Assembly: GCA_964016885.1 (NCBI GenBank)
Contig: OZ024749.1
Span: forward strand, 40,548,001-40,612,000
Direction of reading: 5' to 3'
Source: Eledone cirrhosa
Lineage: Eukaryota
DNA length: 64,000 nt
Part shown: piece by piece, positions 40,761 to 54,281 of the stretch
Numbering within the stretch: position 1 is the stretch's first letter
Layout: each line of letters begins with the position of its first letter
Notes under the pieces: generated by a model
What the model saw: only the letters and a program-made list of their open reading frames with translations
Databases searched by the model: none
Told to the model about the DNA's origin: nothing
Program-made: the position numbers and the translations under genes

Positions 40761-41412
40761 ACCCCCACCCCATCCACACCACCCCCTTAAATGTAAAGTT
40801 ATGTTAGTACCACAACATCCAGTCCGAAATAAATGAGGTCGTATAGGTGTCACGACAAAAAAACAGACAGTCCACGCTGTAATGTGGCCGTGTAGGTAAC
40901 ACGGTAAAAACCTCCCAGTCCACACTGTAAATGCGGTTGGTGTTAGGAAGGGCATCCAGCTGTAGAAAACCCACCAGACAGTCCTTTACGAGCAAGACAA
41001 CCAATCTTGCCTCAAGTGGGAAAATTCCCGTCCAAACCCATGCAAGCATGGAAGATGGATGTTAAACGATGATGATGATGATGATATACATATATATATA
41101 TATGTGTGTAGGCACATGGCTTAGTGGTTAGAGCATTGGTCTTGCAATCGAAAGGTTGTGAGTTCAATTCTCAGACCGGATGACGTGTTGTTTCCTTGAG
41201 CAAGACACTTTATTTCACATTGCTCCAGTTTACTCAGCTGTAGAAATGAGATGATTGGGACTGGGGTCCATATCATTCCACTGCAAAGTGGTCGCGGAGG
41301 TGCCACGGCAAAAAACACCCAGCACTCACTGTAAATGAGGTTGGTGTTAGGAAAGGCATCCAGCTTCCTTGCCAGCAGGGAAAAGGCGGACGTAAAAATG
41401 ATGATGATGATG

Positions 41413-41448
<36 letters not shown>

Positions 41449-41463
41449 ATATATATGTGTGTC

Positions 41464-41506
<43 letters not shown>

Positions 41507-42034
41507 ATATATATATATATATATATGTGTATGTGTATATATATATATATATATATGTATGTGTATATATATATATATATATATGTATGTGTATATATCA
41601 TCATCATCATCATCAACGTTTAACGTCCGTGTTCCACGCTTGCATGGGTTTGGACGGGGGTAGTCCCACTTGAGGCAAGAGTGATTGTCTTGCTCGCATA
41701 GGACTGTCTGGCAGGTTTTCTACAGTCGGATGCCCTTCCTAACACCAACCACATTTACAGTGTGGGTCTGGGAGGTTTTTACCGTGTTGCCTACACGGCC
41801 ACATTACAGCGTGGACTGTGTGTTTTTTTGTCGTGACACCTACACGATCTCATTTGTTTCGATATATATATATATGTGTGTATGTATATATATATATATA
41901 TATATGTGTGTGTATGTATATATATATATGTATGTGTATATGTATATATATATATGTATGTGTATATATATATATATATATATGTATGTGTATATATATA
42001 TATATATGTATGTGTATATATATATATATATATG

Positions 42035-42078
<44 letters not shown>

Positions 42079-42123
42079 GTGTCTGTGTGTGTATATATAT
42101 GTATATATATATATGTATATATG

Positions 42124-42172
<49 letters not shown>

Positions 42173-42221
42173 GTGTATGTGTGTGTGTATATATATATAT
42201 ATATTATATATACACACACAT

Positions 42222-42257
<36 letters not shown>

Positions 42258-43510
42258 ACACACTCATACTTTAATCTGTTATTCTAATAAATATTTGCTC
42301 TATGCTTTTTATATATTTGATATATATATATTATCCTTATCGAACCCTCTTCGGATTTTAGTCTTCACATTTATTATTATTAATATATATATATATAGTT
42401 GTGTTATTAATTTTTTTAATTAATCGGTAGTTAGGTCTGCATTTCAACTTTAAGCACAAGGCAAGTATCGACGCCAGTCTATTACTGGTACTTTATTTTA
42501 TCGACCCTGTAAGGAGGAAAGGCAAATATAACTTCGGGGGGGGGGGGGGGGGGATTTTAACTCAGAACGTAAAGGGCCGTAACTCTTTGCCGCAAAACAT
42601 GGTGTCCGACGCTCTACCGATACTGCCAATCCACCGCCCTGTCACGTTTCATAATCATATTAATACGCAATTACTAACATGACTTCTTCGTTTCACGTTG
42701 TACATTTGGGGAGGAGGGTTGACAATGCAACCTCGTCATATGGAGAGGGAGTTATTTATGATGTTGCTGTTTCACTTTTGAAATAGTAACATCGTAAATA
42801 ACTGGGTGTGTGTACGAGTGTGTGTACGAGTGTGCGCGCTGTTATTATCTGATCAATATTTATACTGGAAGTTGTTCCAACTACTGCGACAACGTACATT
42901 GGTCCCGATCAAGTGGAGAGGGTTGATAAAAAGAAATACATGTAAAACAAGAATATTCGCCTTGTTTCAATTATTCAATCACTTCCTCAACCATATCCTT
43001 AGACATACGCGAACAAAAATTATAAATTCGATGTAAAAAATGTCTTTCTTTTTTTAAATGCGTGTTTTAAGCGAATCTAACATCAAAACCGTTGGAAATT
43101 ATTGCTTCTTTTAACTACATGAGATGGGCGTACTCTTACTCTAACACACAAACCCCACCAAAAAACTAGGAAAAGAAATTGTCACCTCAAACGCGAGACA
43201 GTTGTGATTGTAATGAAATCTCTGAGGGTGGGGAAACTCCGAGGTTCGCCCCTCCTCTTTCTTTCTCCGCTATCTGAAAAAAAAAGACATTTCCGACGGG
43301 TTTGGAAATCAGATTCGTTGAAAATACACGAAACATCCGAGGAAAGAAAAACATTTCTCCCCAAACCAGAGACGAGTGTACTCGTAAAGACACATGCACA
43401 CAAACACACATATATAATATACATAATGTAGAAAGTGAGTAATATTGTAGAACAATAAAACTATGCATATATCAGATAAGTAGCACTCAGCAGTTGGTAG
43501 AACTGGAGTA

Positions 43511-43720
43511 TATATGATAAAGAAGAAATGAAAAGATGGTTAAAAGAGTTCCATATATTTTATTATGCGTATTTCGAATACAAAATCATCCTGGGACAAA
43601 AATTGTGTTCTTATTCTATCTGATGAGAACACAATTTTTGTCCCAGGATGATTCTGTATTCGAAATGCGCATAATAAAATATATGGAACTCTTTTAACCA
43701 TCTTTTAATTTCTTCTTTAT
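43511..43720. mobile_element. ~100-bp-arm fold-back with a hammerhead at its apex
   Basis: 43520-43612 is the reverse complement of 43624-43718. Confidence 0.75.
43617..43676 (+). ncRNA. Minimal type I hammerhead ribozyme
   Basis: TAT CTGATGA GAACACA..TGTATTC GAAA TGCGC ATA ATA. Palindromic stem III ATGCGCAT, AUA triplet, short stem I. Confidence 0.65.
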
Positions 43721-43741
43721 ATATATACATATATATATATA

Positions 43742-44306
43742 CAGTAATCCCCCGCTATTTCGCGGATTTTTCTTTGGAACGTATCTAATTTCCTATCGCG
43801 GTAATCCTCGCTACATCGCGGGGTTTTCGTTAGAACATATCTATTTTCTTATCGCGGTACGTACGTCTGAATAAAAAGAGTCTAAAATTTAAAATATTAA
43901 AAAGTTTCGATGTGATTGAAGTGTATTTCTTAAGGTTTTAACTATAAAAAATGTTTCTATTTTTCATTCCATTACTGTTTTAGTGATTGTGTTTTTCTCT
44001 AACCTACTACAAACCCTTCATAGATTGACAGAGGTGCAGTGTATTACCAAGTGGCTAACGTGGTTGGTAATGGTCGTCATTGGTAACTAGTGGAACGATC
44101 GTTAGTGATAGTTTCTATAAGATCGTTACCGGCTGTTTTTTGGTGTTTAAATACAAAAGTATGTTTTAATGAGTTTATATGTACTTGAAGCGTTTAAGGG
44201 AGGTATTTTAAGGCTTAAACTGTGAAAACAACGGTTGTCTTTATGGTTTCTCTATATCGCGGTTTGTTCTGGTACGTATCCCCCGCGATAGACGGGGGAA
44301 TTACTG
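43742..44306. mobile_element. Tc1/mariner (pogo/Tigger-type) MITE
   Basis: TA|CAGTAATCCCCCGCTAT..CGCGG ... CCGCGATAGACGGGGGAATTACTG|TA. Confidence 0.8.
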
Positions 44307-45684
44307 TATATATATAAGAGAGTATATACTGTCTTATAAAGAGTCCGGAATCGATTCCTTGAGCTCATTAAATTATAGGGGATTAACGTGAGTCTTTAAC
44401 TCCGTTTTTTAATTTGATATATATATATATCGATAATCGATCGACAAGATCCCAGACGTCATTTGCTTAACTTGCTAATACTATCTGTCGGACGCAAATC
44501 CAAGCAGAAGGAGCAACGAGAAATAAAGTGTCTTGGTCAAGGACATAATGCATCGCCGGGGAATCGAAATCACAACCTCATACATATATATACATACATA
44601 TATTCGGGGATGGTTTGCCGTTACTATAACACTGAATTGGCAGGCCATCTCCGAATCGAATTGGTCCTTTATTTTCTATTCTCTGCTTGTGTTCGCCGTA
44701 ATCCTGTTGTCTTATGGAACTAATTCCGCAATTATCACCTGATAAAATCGCTTAATTCTTGCATCATGGTTGGATGATGAAGTTGGACCATCGAAATATG
44801 TATAGTTCTTTCGCGAAATTAAAAATCTAAAGTAAATTCCCAGTCCAGCCTTCTGTTGTTTTTAATGAATATTTAACTCGGTCCCTGCACCAGCCACGGG
44901 ATACAACATCTACGGTGGATCATCGTTTACTAACCGGAAACACCAGTTCTACCCATTGGTAAACAACCTAACATAAATGTGTATATATATATATGGAACT
45001 CTTTTAACCATCTTTTGTTCTTATATATTATATATATATATATATATACAAACCTATATACCCCACGACCCTCACAGGAATATATATATAAAGAGAGTAT
45101 ATATATGAGTCTGAAACTAGCTGTTGAAACTGCAAGAACTCAAGAGTCAGGTCCCTACTCTTTATTATATATATATATATATAGATAGATATATAGATAT
45201 ATATATATAAGAAAAACCACGTTACATAATATACTCATCAAAACAGATGACCACGGACAGTACACGTTTGATTATGGGCCTGGCCTGAAGCTTTAACCTT
45301 CAATAATCATCAAGTGTCCCAGCTCTAGGCCTCTTCAACCAAACAATATCATCAAAACAATGTCAAGTGGGTGAAGTAAAACATAGAGAATATTATAATA
45401 ATAATTATTATCATCAGCAAATATAAACAATAGGCAGCAACACGAATAGTAGAGACAACATGAGTGAAGAATCATATATAAATATATTTATTGAAAATTA
45501 ACGGAGTTAGAAGCTTCGACGAATTTTTTTTTTTTACTATGAAAAATAGTCTAACAAATTTGTTAGACTATTTTTCATATTTAAAAAAAAAAATACGTTG
45601 AAGCTTCTAAATTAAATTTCAATAAATATATATCCATTCAACGTTCTAAAAATAGATTATATATATATATATAAGAAAACAGAC

Positions 45685-45735
45685 CTTTAAATCTTCAGAA
45701 GATACATAGTCATGTATAATTGCCTCGGCATCCAT
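45685..45735 (-). CDS. FIS1: FIS1 exon 1 (MDAEAIIHDYVSSEDLK)
   Basis: Matches human MEAVLNELVSVEDLLK; phase-0 GT donor. The five exons sum to 459 nt = 152 aa. Confidence 0.88.
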
Positions 45736-47423
45736 GATAGATATTATGTGGACTCCGAGGAGAGAAGAGTGATCTCCCTTTGATAGCTTTCTCTTTCTAT
45801 CACCCTTTTGACCGTGTATGACTCTCTCTCTCACACAACAGGACACACATTTATTCTCTCTTTCTCTGTTTTTGTCCCTCTCTCACTCTATTTACACACT
45901 CACCACAACGCCCATTTAATATCTCACTTTCAATTTCCTTCTCTCCCAGTGTTTACATTCGTTTGACACACATACACACACAAACTCATATACTCAGACC
46001 CACGCACTCTCATACACAAACACAGTCTCTCTCGCTCTTCTTCCCTCTATATAGGGTCTAACTCCAGTTTCGGCTGCCAAAGTGAAAGTTTATTACCATT
46101 AGTTAGAAATGAATAAAATAATACTTTCATTATGCTATAATTCCAGGCTGGCAAAATCGTTAGCGCGTCAAACAAATTACTACTCGTATTTATTCCAGCT
46201 CTATACACTCTCAGTTCCCACCTCCCCGCGGTCAACTTTGTTTTTCATCCTTTCAGAGTAAATAAAATGAAGTACTGGTCAAGTACTAGGATCGATGTAA
46301 TCTACTTTCCCTTACCACCTTAAATTGCTGCCGTTGTGCTTAAATTAGAAACCAATATTATAGTATACGGTTTATTTTATGACTATCACATTGTCAATAC
46401 AATTTATATAATTAATATGACTATGTAGACATATGCAATACTAATTTAAGAAAAAGAAAAACATTGGTGGAATAAGTAAAAACAATGGCGGGGAGAAGAA
46501 TCGCACACCACATGGAGCGCTGAAGTTTCCCTCTAATAATTATTTCAACTTTAGGCACAAGGCCAGCAATTTGAAGGGGAGGGGGAAATCGATTAAATCG
46601 ACCTTAGTGTATTACTGGTGTTTTATTTTATCGACCCTGTAAGGATGAAAGGCAAAGCTAACCTCGGCAGGATTTGAACTCAGAGCGTAAAGGGCCGTAA
46701 CTCTTATGGGGGAAACATGAATAGTTTGGATTTCTGCAATGTACTAGTATATAAAAATACATATTTTTTCTATGTATTCAATCATATTCTTACATCAATC
46801 AATCAAATACCTTCATATATCAATTCCTTCAGTTTCCAGGTATATTGGGATAGATGTTGATTTTATTTCTGGATCTGAGTGTACTGTATATGTCTGATTT
46901 TAAGTGTATTAACCATCAACCATATATAGTTCCTCTCAATACACTGCAGATGTAATTCTTGTTCGGTACACAATCACTTTTGTAAGACATTTCCTATTAT
47001 ACTGCTGCAATTTGTCAGCAAAACCTTTCTACATATAATGAATACAAACACACACATATATATCAACTAACATAGGTATTTAAACAATATTTATATATAT
47101 TCATATAAAAATTAGAAAACTCATTGCTAGAACAGCCAAATGCTGTCAATGACAGCGATGGACAAAAATGCCTGAGGACAGAAACCAGCGGCCAGTGGTC
47201 GACAAAAACACAATCCATGAAATGGGTAACAATTTTTTTCTATATTTCAATCTACCTGTCGCACACCTCATGGATTGTTTCTCTGTTGACCACAGTCTCT
47301 GTCCTCTAAGGCATTTTTTGCCCATCATTGACATTATTTGGCTATTTTAATAGCTGTTCTAGTGATGAGTTTTCTCATTCTTATATAAATTTAAATACAC
47401 TCTTGCTTCGTTTCAATCAGAGC

Positions 47424-47506
<83 letters not shown>

Positions 47507-47784
47507 CTGTAGAAAGCTTGCCAAACAAAGGGTTAGAAGGGCTTTCAGTAGTGTCAAAGACATGAAAATCTCTCTTATGCTGGTACCATGATAAAATGCA
47601 CTCAGTAGAATGTTGGATCATATGTAAGCAAGATGCAGACCCCCAGCCCATCTGGGAGACCATTTCAGTACTGATTTAGTCTATAAAAACCTGTCCAACC
47701 CTTGCCAACAAGGAATGATGATGATGATGATGATGATGATATACACATGTAAAAAAAATACGAATTCATTTCAATATAGTAATA

Positions 47785-47790
47785 TTTATT
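47785..47790 (-). terminator. Candidate poly(A) signal AATAAA of the MYND gene
   Basis: TTTATT on +, about 300 nt past the stop. Confidence 0.35.
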
Positions 47791-48094
47791 GTCTTAAATC
47801 AAAGATTACAATTGGTGGACATAAAATAATATTGATTACAGCATACATAGAAAAATATATTGCACAAAAGAATAAAAACTAAACAAAAAGCTAAATAAAA
47901 CATTGAGCAGCCAGATAAATAAATATATATATATATTCAATCCAGGGTTTTTCACTCCTATTGGAGGAACCCCTCCCTGATTGACCTCCTTCTATATTTC
48001 TTACAAGTAAAATTTATTTTGTCGATTTTTCACATTTATCTATTTGTTCTTTTCTAAGTTCAGTTCAGTTCAGTTCTTGGATTTGAAAATCATT

Positions 48095-48286
48095 TTAATT
48101 ATCAATAATCCTGATATCTTTCAAAAAGTTAATTCTGAAACCAAATGATCCATCTGTAAAATGATGGAACTGAGGTCTAATAATAATGATATAATTACCA
48201 ACTTTTAATTGATCCCATGTAAAATATGGTTGAGACATTAGTTCTTTGTGATAGAAAAACACATTAAGTATTTTACCGCAGATATC
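48095..48286 (-). CDS. Poly-MYND gene terminal exon (uncharacterised beta-rich domain)
   Basis: tttcacAG acceptor, phase 0: DICGKILNVFFYHKELMSQPYFTWDQLKVGNYIIIIRPQFHHFTDGSFGFRINFLKDIRIIDN*. Confidence 0.8.
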   Translation of the reverse strand, partial: DICGKILNVFFYHKELMSQPYFTWDQLKVGNYIIIIRPQFHHFTDGSFGFRINFLKDIRIIDN

Positions 48287-48994
48287 CTGTGAAAAGAAAG
48301 AAAGGATATATATATATATATATATATATATGTCAATGACACACGACCGTGACTTCTGGCGTCACGCAGTAATATAGAGTACCCGACCTCCCATGGGTAC
48401 AAGCTGAAGCATATAAACAATATGCCCCCACACCCCCCCACTGCAAGGTGGTCGTGGAGGTGCCACGGCAAAAAAGCACCCAGCCCACACTGTAAAGTGG
48501 ACGTGTAGGCGCCACGAAAAAGCACCCAGCACTCACTGTAAATGCGGTTGGTGTTAGAAAGGGCATCCAGCTGTAGAAATCAAGCCAGATCAGTTCCTGT
48601 ATGAGCAAGGCATGGTCAGCCGACCAGACACTGCCCACAACAGGACAACCCGTCTAACCCATGCTAGCGTGGAAGAACGGACGTAAAACGGTGATGATGA
48701 CATATATATGAAATAGTTAATGTCCTCCAGAAGTCATTTCTATAATAAAATAAAGATGCCTATACTCTACTAACATATTGAATACATATTTTAACTGTGG
48801 TTACCTCCCGATATACAAGAGGAATCCACCTTATATATATATTCTATGCTAGTGTGGCAGATGGACTATATATATTTAATTATGTAATAAACAACACAAT
48901 ATAATTATATTGTGTTGTTTATTACATAATTAAATAGCTATGTACTATACATAGAGCACTCTTCTTTCCTTTACCTTTCCCACGGAAATACTTC

Positions 48995-49035
<41 letters not shown>

Positions 49036-49094
49036 CAAGACTCTGATACCATCGGCACTATAAACACAGAGCTGGCATATCTAAGAACTGGCTA

Positions 49095-49150
49095 ACTGCC
49101 TGATGAGGTCATAGCCATTCAATGGCTATCATCGAAATATATATAGCAGT
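49095..49150 (+). ncRNA. Canonical minimal type I hammerhead ribozyme
   Basis: ACTGC CTGATGA GGTCATAGCCAT TCA ATGGCTATCATC GAAA TATAT ATA GCAGT. All core nucleotides and three stems present. Confidence 0.85.
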
Positions 49151-50011
49151 AAATAAAGGATTATGAGTTCATGCAATTGACTTATGTTTCGTCACTATAT
49201 ATATATGGCTACATTGGTATGTATGGTCACGTGATGCGCATGAAGGACGATAGCTGTATAACAAAGTGCAGGGCAATAAAGATAGACGGTAGCCACGGAA
49301 TAGGCAGACCCAGAAAAACCTGGGACGAGCTGATAAATTCCGACCTCACACACTTACACCTCACCAAGACAATGTCACTGGACCGAGACCTTTGGCGGTA
49401 CTTAGTAATAGAGAAGACCCGCCTTACCTAAATACAAAGTAAAACCTACTACAGTCAGTAGGCATCTCTAACAAAATACACCCAAACCTGTTCCTTTGAA
49501 TTACAGGTACAAATCACTTTTGCCAGCTGAGTGGACTAGAGCAATGTAAAATAAAGAGTCTTGCTTAAGGAAACATCATACCACCATGAATTGAATTAAC
49601 AACCTTACAATCATGAGCCAAACATCCTAACCACTAAGCTATGTACCTATGTATATCATGTGTAATCATATACATGAAGGTGCATAGCTTCGTGGTTAAA
49701 ATGATGGGTCATGATCGTAAGGCCACAAGTTCAGTTCAATTCTGGGACCAGGCAGTGTATTGCATCTTTGTGCATGACTACATTTCATGCTGCTCCTGCC
49801 CACTACATTGCAAAAATGAGTTGTGCCTGTAATTCAAAGGACCAGCTTTGTCCCATAATGTGTATCACACTGAATCTCCTTGAAAACTATGTTAAGTGTG
49901 AATATGGCAGTTGAATACTCAGCCACTTGCATGTTAATTTCACAATTGAATTAACTCTAGCAGTTATCATGAGAAGCAGAGGTTCAATAAAAAATATGTG
50001 TCTATACTTAC

Positions 50012-50190
50012 TCTGATTTTGAAGTGAATCCTGCAGATGTGGTTGCCGTTTTCGTAGATGTAAGCAACAAGTTTTTCCTCTTCAAATTTATTGTCAAAAG
50101 TTGTCAAATCATAAAACTTTGTGAGGACTGATTGGAAAGGAAACATTTTTCTAGTCTCTCGAATGACATTTTCTGGCATAGGATACAAGC
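50012..50190 (-). CDS. Poly-MYND gene penultimate exon
   Basis: ttcttacAG acceptor, phase 1 (G+GC = Gly, compatible with the MYND exon donor), GLYPMPENVIRE...HICRIHFKIR, GTAAGT donor phase 0. Confidence 0.8.
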
Positions 50191-51109
50191 CTGTAAGAAA
50201 ATTAAATTTAAAGTATTTATGTTGATCTAAAAACCTTACATCATAACTTTATACAAGAACCTTTGTTAAGTTATGTTCCAAATACTAGCTTAATAATTTT
50301 TTCTACTTTTGGCACAAGGCCAGCAACTTGAAGGAGAAGGGGTAAGTCAATTAAATTGACCCCGGTACATTACTGGCACTTTATTTTATCGACCCTGTAA
50401 GGATGAAAGACAAAGTTTACCTCAGTGGGATTTGAACTCAGAACAAAAAGGACTGTAATTATATGCCACAAAACATGTCCGACACTCTACTGATACTGCC
50501 AATCCACTGCCCTACACCAGCTTAATAATGGTTTCTTATAAAGGCACAAGGCCAGCAATTTAAGACTTCGCGTGGCCAACTGGCCAGATCTGCCCCATAG
50601 AGGGACCACTCGGTTCCTAAACTATAGTTCCATTGTGAGCAGGGTATGGTACAGCCAACTGGCCTTCCCTCCTCATAACGGTGCCATCCAGTTCCACACT
50701 GCAAATGTGGTTGGTATTAGGAAGGGCATCCATGCCAATTTTACAGATCCATCTCAGCAAAGTACGGTGCAACCAATCTCGCCACACTTGTCTCATGACG
50801 TGGATGGACATTAAATGGTGATGATGATGATGATATATATATATATGTATATCACCTTGACCGACCAGTCTGTCGGGCGCCGCTGGTAACAGCACATCGT
50901 TCTGTTTTAGCCATAAGATTACGCCATCCCACTGGCTGGGCGGATAGGCCAGTACTCATTTCTACAGCTGAGTAAACTGGAGCAACGTGAAATAAAGTGT
51001 CTTACTCAAGGAAACAACACATCACCCGGTCCAAGAATTGAACTCACAACCTTTCGATTGCAAGCCCAATGCTCTAACCACTAAGCCATGCGCCTTCACA
51101 ATATATATA

Positions 51110-52110
51110 TATTGTCTGTTGTAAACACTAAATCCCTCCCCCATGAAGAATGCACGTCTCAACATAGACTCATAATTAGTGACCTCATAGTCAGGACGAG
51201 ACGTATTCGACAACAGAAGAGGACTATCCTCAGGAGAAAAATATGGAAATTAAAGGACCCCACAGCCAGTAATAAATTTAAAAGCATATTACTTGATGCT
51301 TTTGATAGTAAGGAAGAGCAATTAGAGTCGTACAATATAGAGGAACAGTGGGAATTCCTGAAAGCTAACCTGCTGAAGGCAACAGATGAAACCTGTGGCT
51401 GGAGCAGGCCTATAGGCAGGAGGAGAGTAACTTGGTGGTGGAACAGTAAGGTGGAGAGGTCAATCAAGGCCAAAAAGCAGGCTTGGAAAGCATGGCGGGA
51501 TGGGGGAAGTAGAGAAGACTATCAAGTGGCCAGGAGGTAAGCTAGGAGACAAGTGTACTTCGCAAGAAGGGAAGCAGAGGAAAGAAAGTTCAAGCATGTT
51601 CTACAACGCGAGGACCAAAAACATGAGGTGTTCAGGATTGCCAGGCAATGTGTCAAGGAAAACAGTGATATTGTCGGGGAGAAGTGTGTCCTTAATGATG
51701 ATGGTGTACTTGCCATCACTGATGCTGATAAGAAGGTAGCTTGGAAGTGTCACTACGAAAGGCTACTAAATGAGGAGAATAATTGGGAGAAAGACAGTCT
51801 CCCCCACATCGATCCAATAGAGGGAGCAGTAGTGCAAGTTGAAGGTAGTATAATAAGTAAGGCGATCAAAGACATGAAGATGGGCAAGGCGGCTGGGCCT
51901 TCGGAAATAGTTGCCGAAATGCTGAAAGCATCTGGAACGGTGGGACACACTATGGTCACCCGGATAGTAAACCAAGTCATACAGAATGGGGTCGTTCCGA
52001 AGGACTGGCGCAGCAGCATCATCTTTAACTGCTACTAGGGTAAAGGTGATGCCCATGAAGGTCACAGAAAACGTAATAGCGCAACTAATCAGAGAGCGAA
52101 TTGATCTAGA
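51110..52110 (+). mobile_element. RTE LINE internal fragment (same family as 38500)
   Basis: APE C-terminus (SQHRLIISD), WWWNSKV and GKAAGPS; near-identical to 38500-39380. Confidence 0.9.
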
Positions 52111-52627
52111 CGAAACAAATGAGGTCGTGTAGGTGTCACGACAAAAAAACACACAATCCACGCTGTAATGTCGTCGTGTAGGTAACACGGTAAAAACTTC
52201 CCAGTTCCACACTGTAAATGGGGTTGGTGTTAGGAAGGGCATCCAGCCGTAGAAAATCCGCCAAACAGTCCTATGCGAGCAAGACAACCACTCTTGCCTC
52301 AAGTGGGAAAACTCCCGTCCAAACCCATGCGAGCGTGGAATATGGACGTTAAACGATGATGATGATGATGATATATATATATATATATATGTGTATATAT
52401 ATGTATATATATTTCGTTTCTGAATTTGTTTAGCAAGATTCTTTATCTGAAATCGTGTGTTGAAACCGATATTGTTATACTTTGGGAGGGTCATGTTGCC
52501 AATAAGAAACACACGCACCAGTTGCTTTCACTTCAATTTAATTTAATATATATTTATAAATTTACAAATTTATAAATTTCTGGTTGGTTGGTTGGTTCCA
52601 CAACCAGATAGTTGTTTATATATATAT

Positions 52628-52672
52628 AGTCATAGTTCTTTCGTCACACACTCTGTGACCTCTTCAGTGACT
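52628..52672 (-). ncRNA. Minimal type I hammerhead ribozyme (mirror copy)
   Basis: Exact reverse complement of 54282-54326. Confidence 0.8.
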
Positions 52673-54281
52673 GGGGATTTCTTTCTTCGTTTCTGTGCCT
52701 TTCCTTTCTTCTATCCTACGCCATTTTGTTTGTGTGTGGGTTGCGTGCTCAGTTTGCGCATGCGCCACATCCGGGTGTCTGTGTGTGTTTGTGTTCATTT
52801 TTCTATTTTTCTATTTATATTTGTTTGTTTATTTATTTATTTATTGTTGGTTGGTTGTTTGTTCTATGTGTGTGTGTGTTTTCATTTTGTCTTGTGTGTG
52901 TTTTCATTTTGTGTGTGTTTTCAATTGTAAGTTGTTTGTTCTATGTGTGTGTGTGTTTTCATTTTGTCCTTAATTGTAAGTTGTGATGTTGCTGTTCCAC
53001 TCATATTTTCTATTTAATTTTGGTTTTAATTCTTTTATGCTTACTGCCTCTGTAATTTGCCTAAACATTGCGTCTTTCTTGTGTGTGGATTCTATTTTTA
53101 TTTCTATGCTCTCTAATTTACCCCTGTGTTCTATCTTAGCATGTTGGTAGAGCACAGATGATTCTTTACTATCTTGGAGGTCTCGCCAGTGTTCATTTAT
53201 TCGTTCCCCTATACTACGAGCTGTCTCACCTATGTACACTATATTTTTGTTTCTACATTGTCCTTCAGTACATCTTATGCTATATACTACATTTCTAGTT
53301 TTACAGTTAATATGGGGGCTTATTTTACAGGTTATACATTTCTTATCTATACATGAGGGTCTTTGGAACGGGTATGTCTTGCTAATAAGTGTTTTTACGG
53401 AGGTACCAGGTCTTTCTACTATCTTAATATTGAGATTATGTTTCTTTAGGGCCCTTCTAAATTTGTAGGCTAGTTCGCCTCTAGCCTACAAATTTAGAAG
53501 GGCCCTAAAGAAACATAATCTCAATATTAAGATAGTAGAAAGACCTGGTACCTCCGTAAAAACACTTATTAGCAAGACATACCCGTTCCAAAGACCCTCA
53601 TGTATAGATAAGAAATGTATAACCTGTAAAATAAGCCCCCATATTAACTGTAAAACTAGAAATGTAGTATATAGCATAAGATGTACTGAAGGACAATGTA
53701 GAAACAAAAATATAGTGTACATAGGTGAGACAGCTCGTAGTATAGGGGAACGAATAAATGAACACTGGCGAGACCTCCAAGATAGTAAAGAATCATCTGT
53801 GCTCTACCAACATGCTAAGATAGAACACAGGGGTAAATTAGAGAGCATAGAAATAAAAATAGAATCCACACACAAGAAAGATGCAATGTTTAGGCAAATT
53901 ACAGAGGCAGTAAGCATAAAAGAATTAAAACCAAAATTAAATAGAAAATATGAGTGGAACAGCAACATCACAACTTACAATTAAGGACAAAATGAAAACA
54001 CACACACACATAGAACAAACAACTTACAATTGAAAACACACACAAAATGAAAACACACACAAGACAAAATGAAAACACACACACACATAGAACAAACAAC
54101 CAACCAACAATAAATAAATAAATAAACAAACAAATATAAATAGAAAAATAGAAAAATGAACACAAACACACACAGACACCCGGATGTGGCGCATGTGCAA
54201 ACTGAGCACGCAACCCACACACAAACAAAATGGCGTAGGATAGAAGAAAGGAAAGGCACAGAAACGAAGAAAGAAATCCCC

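Noticed and set aside
41110-41175. tRNA-like sequence
   Set aside because: A/B-box head of a SINE that continues into repeat body; no complete cloverleaf evident.
44735-44815. Possible hammerhead (CTGATAA...GAAATATGTATA)
   Set aside because: Core mutated and stems I/II not convincingly paired.
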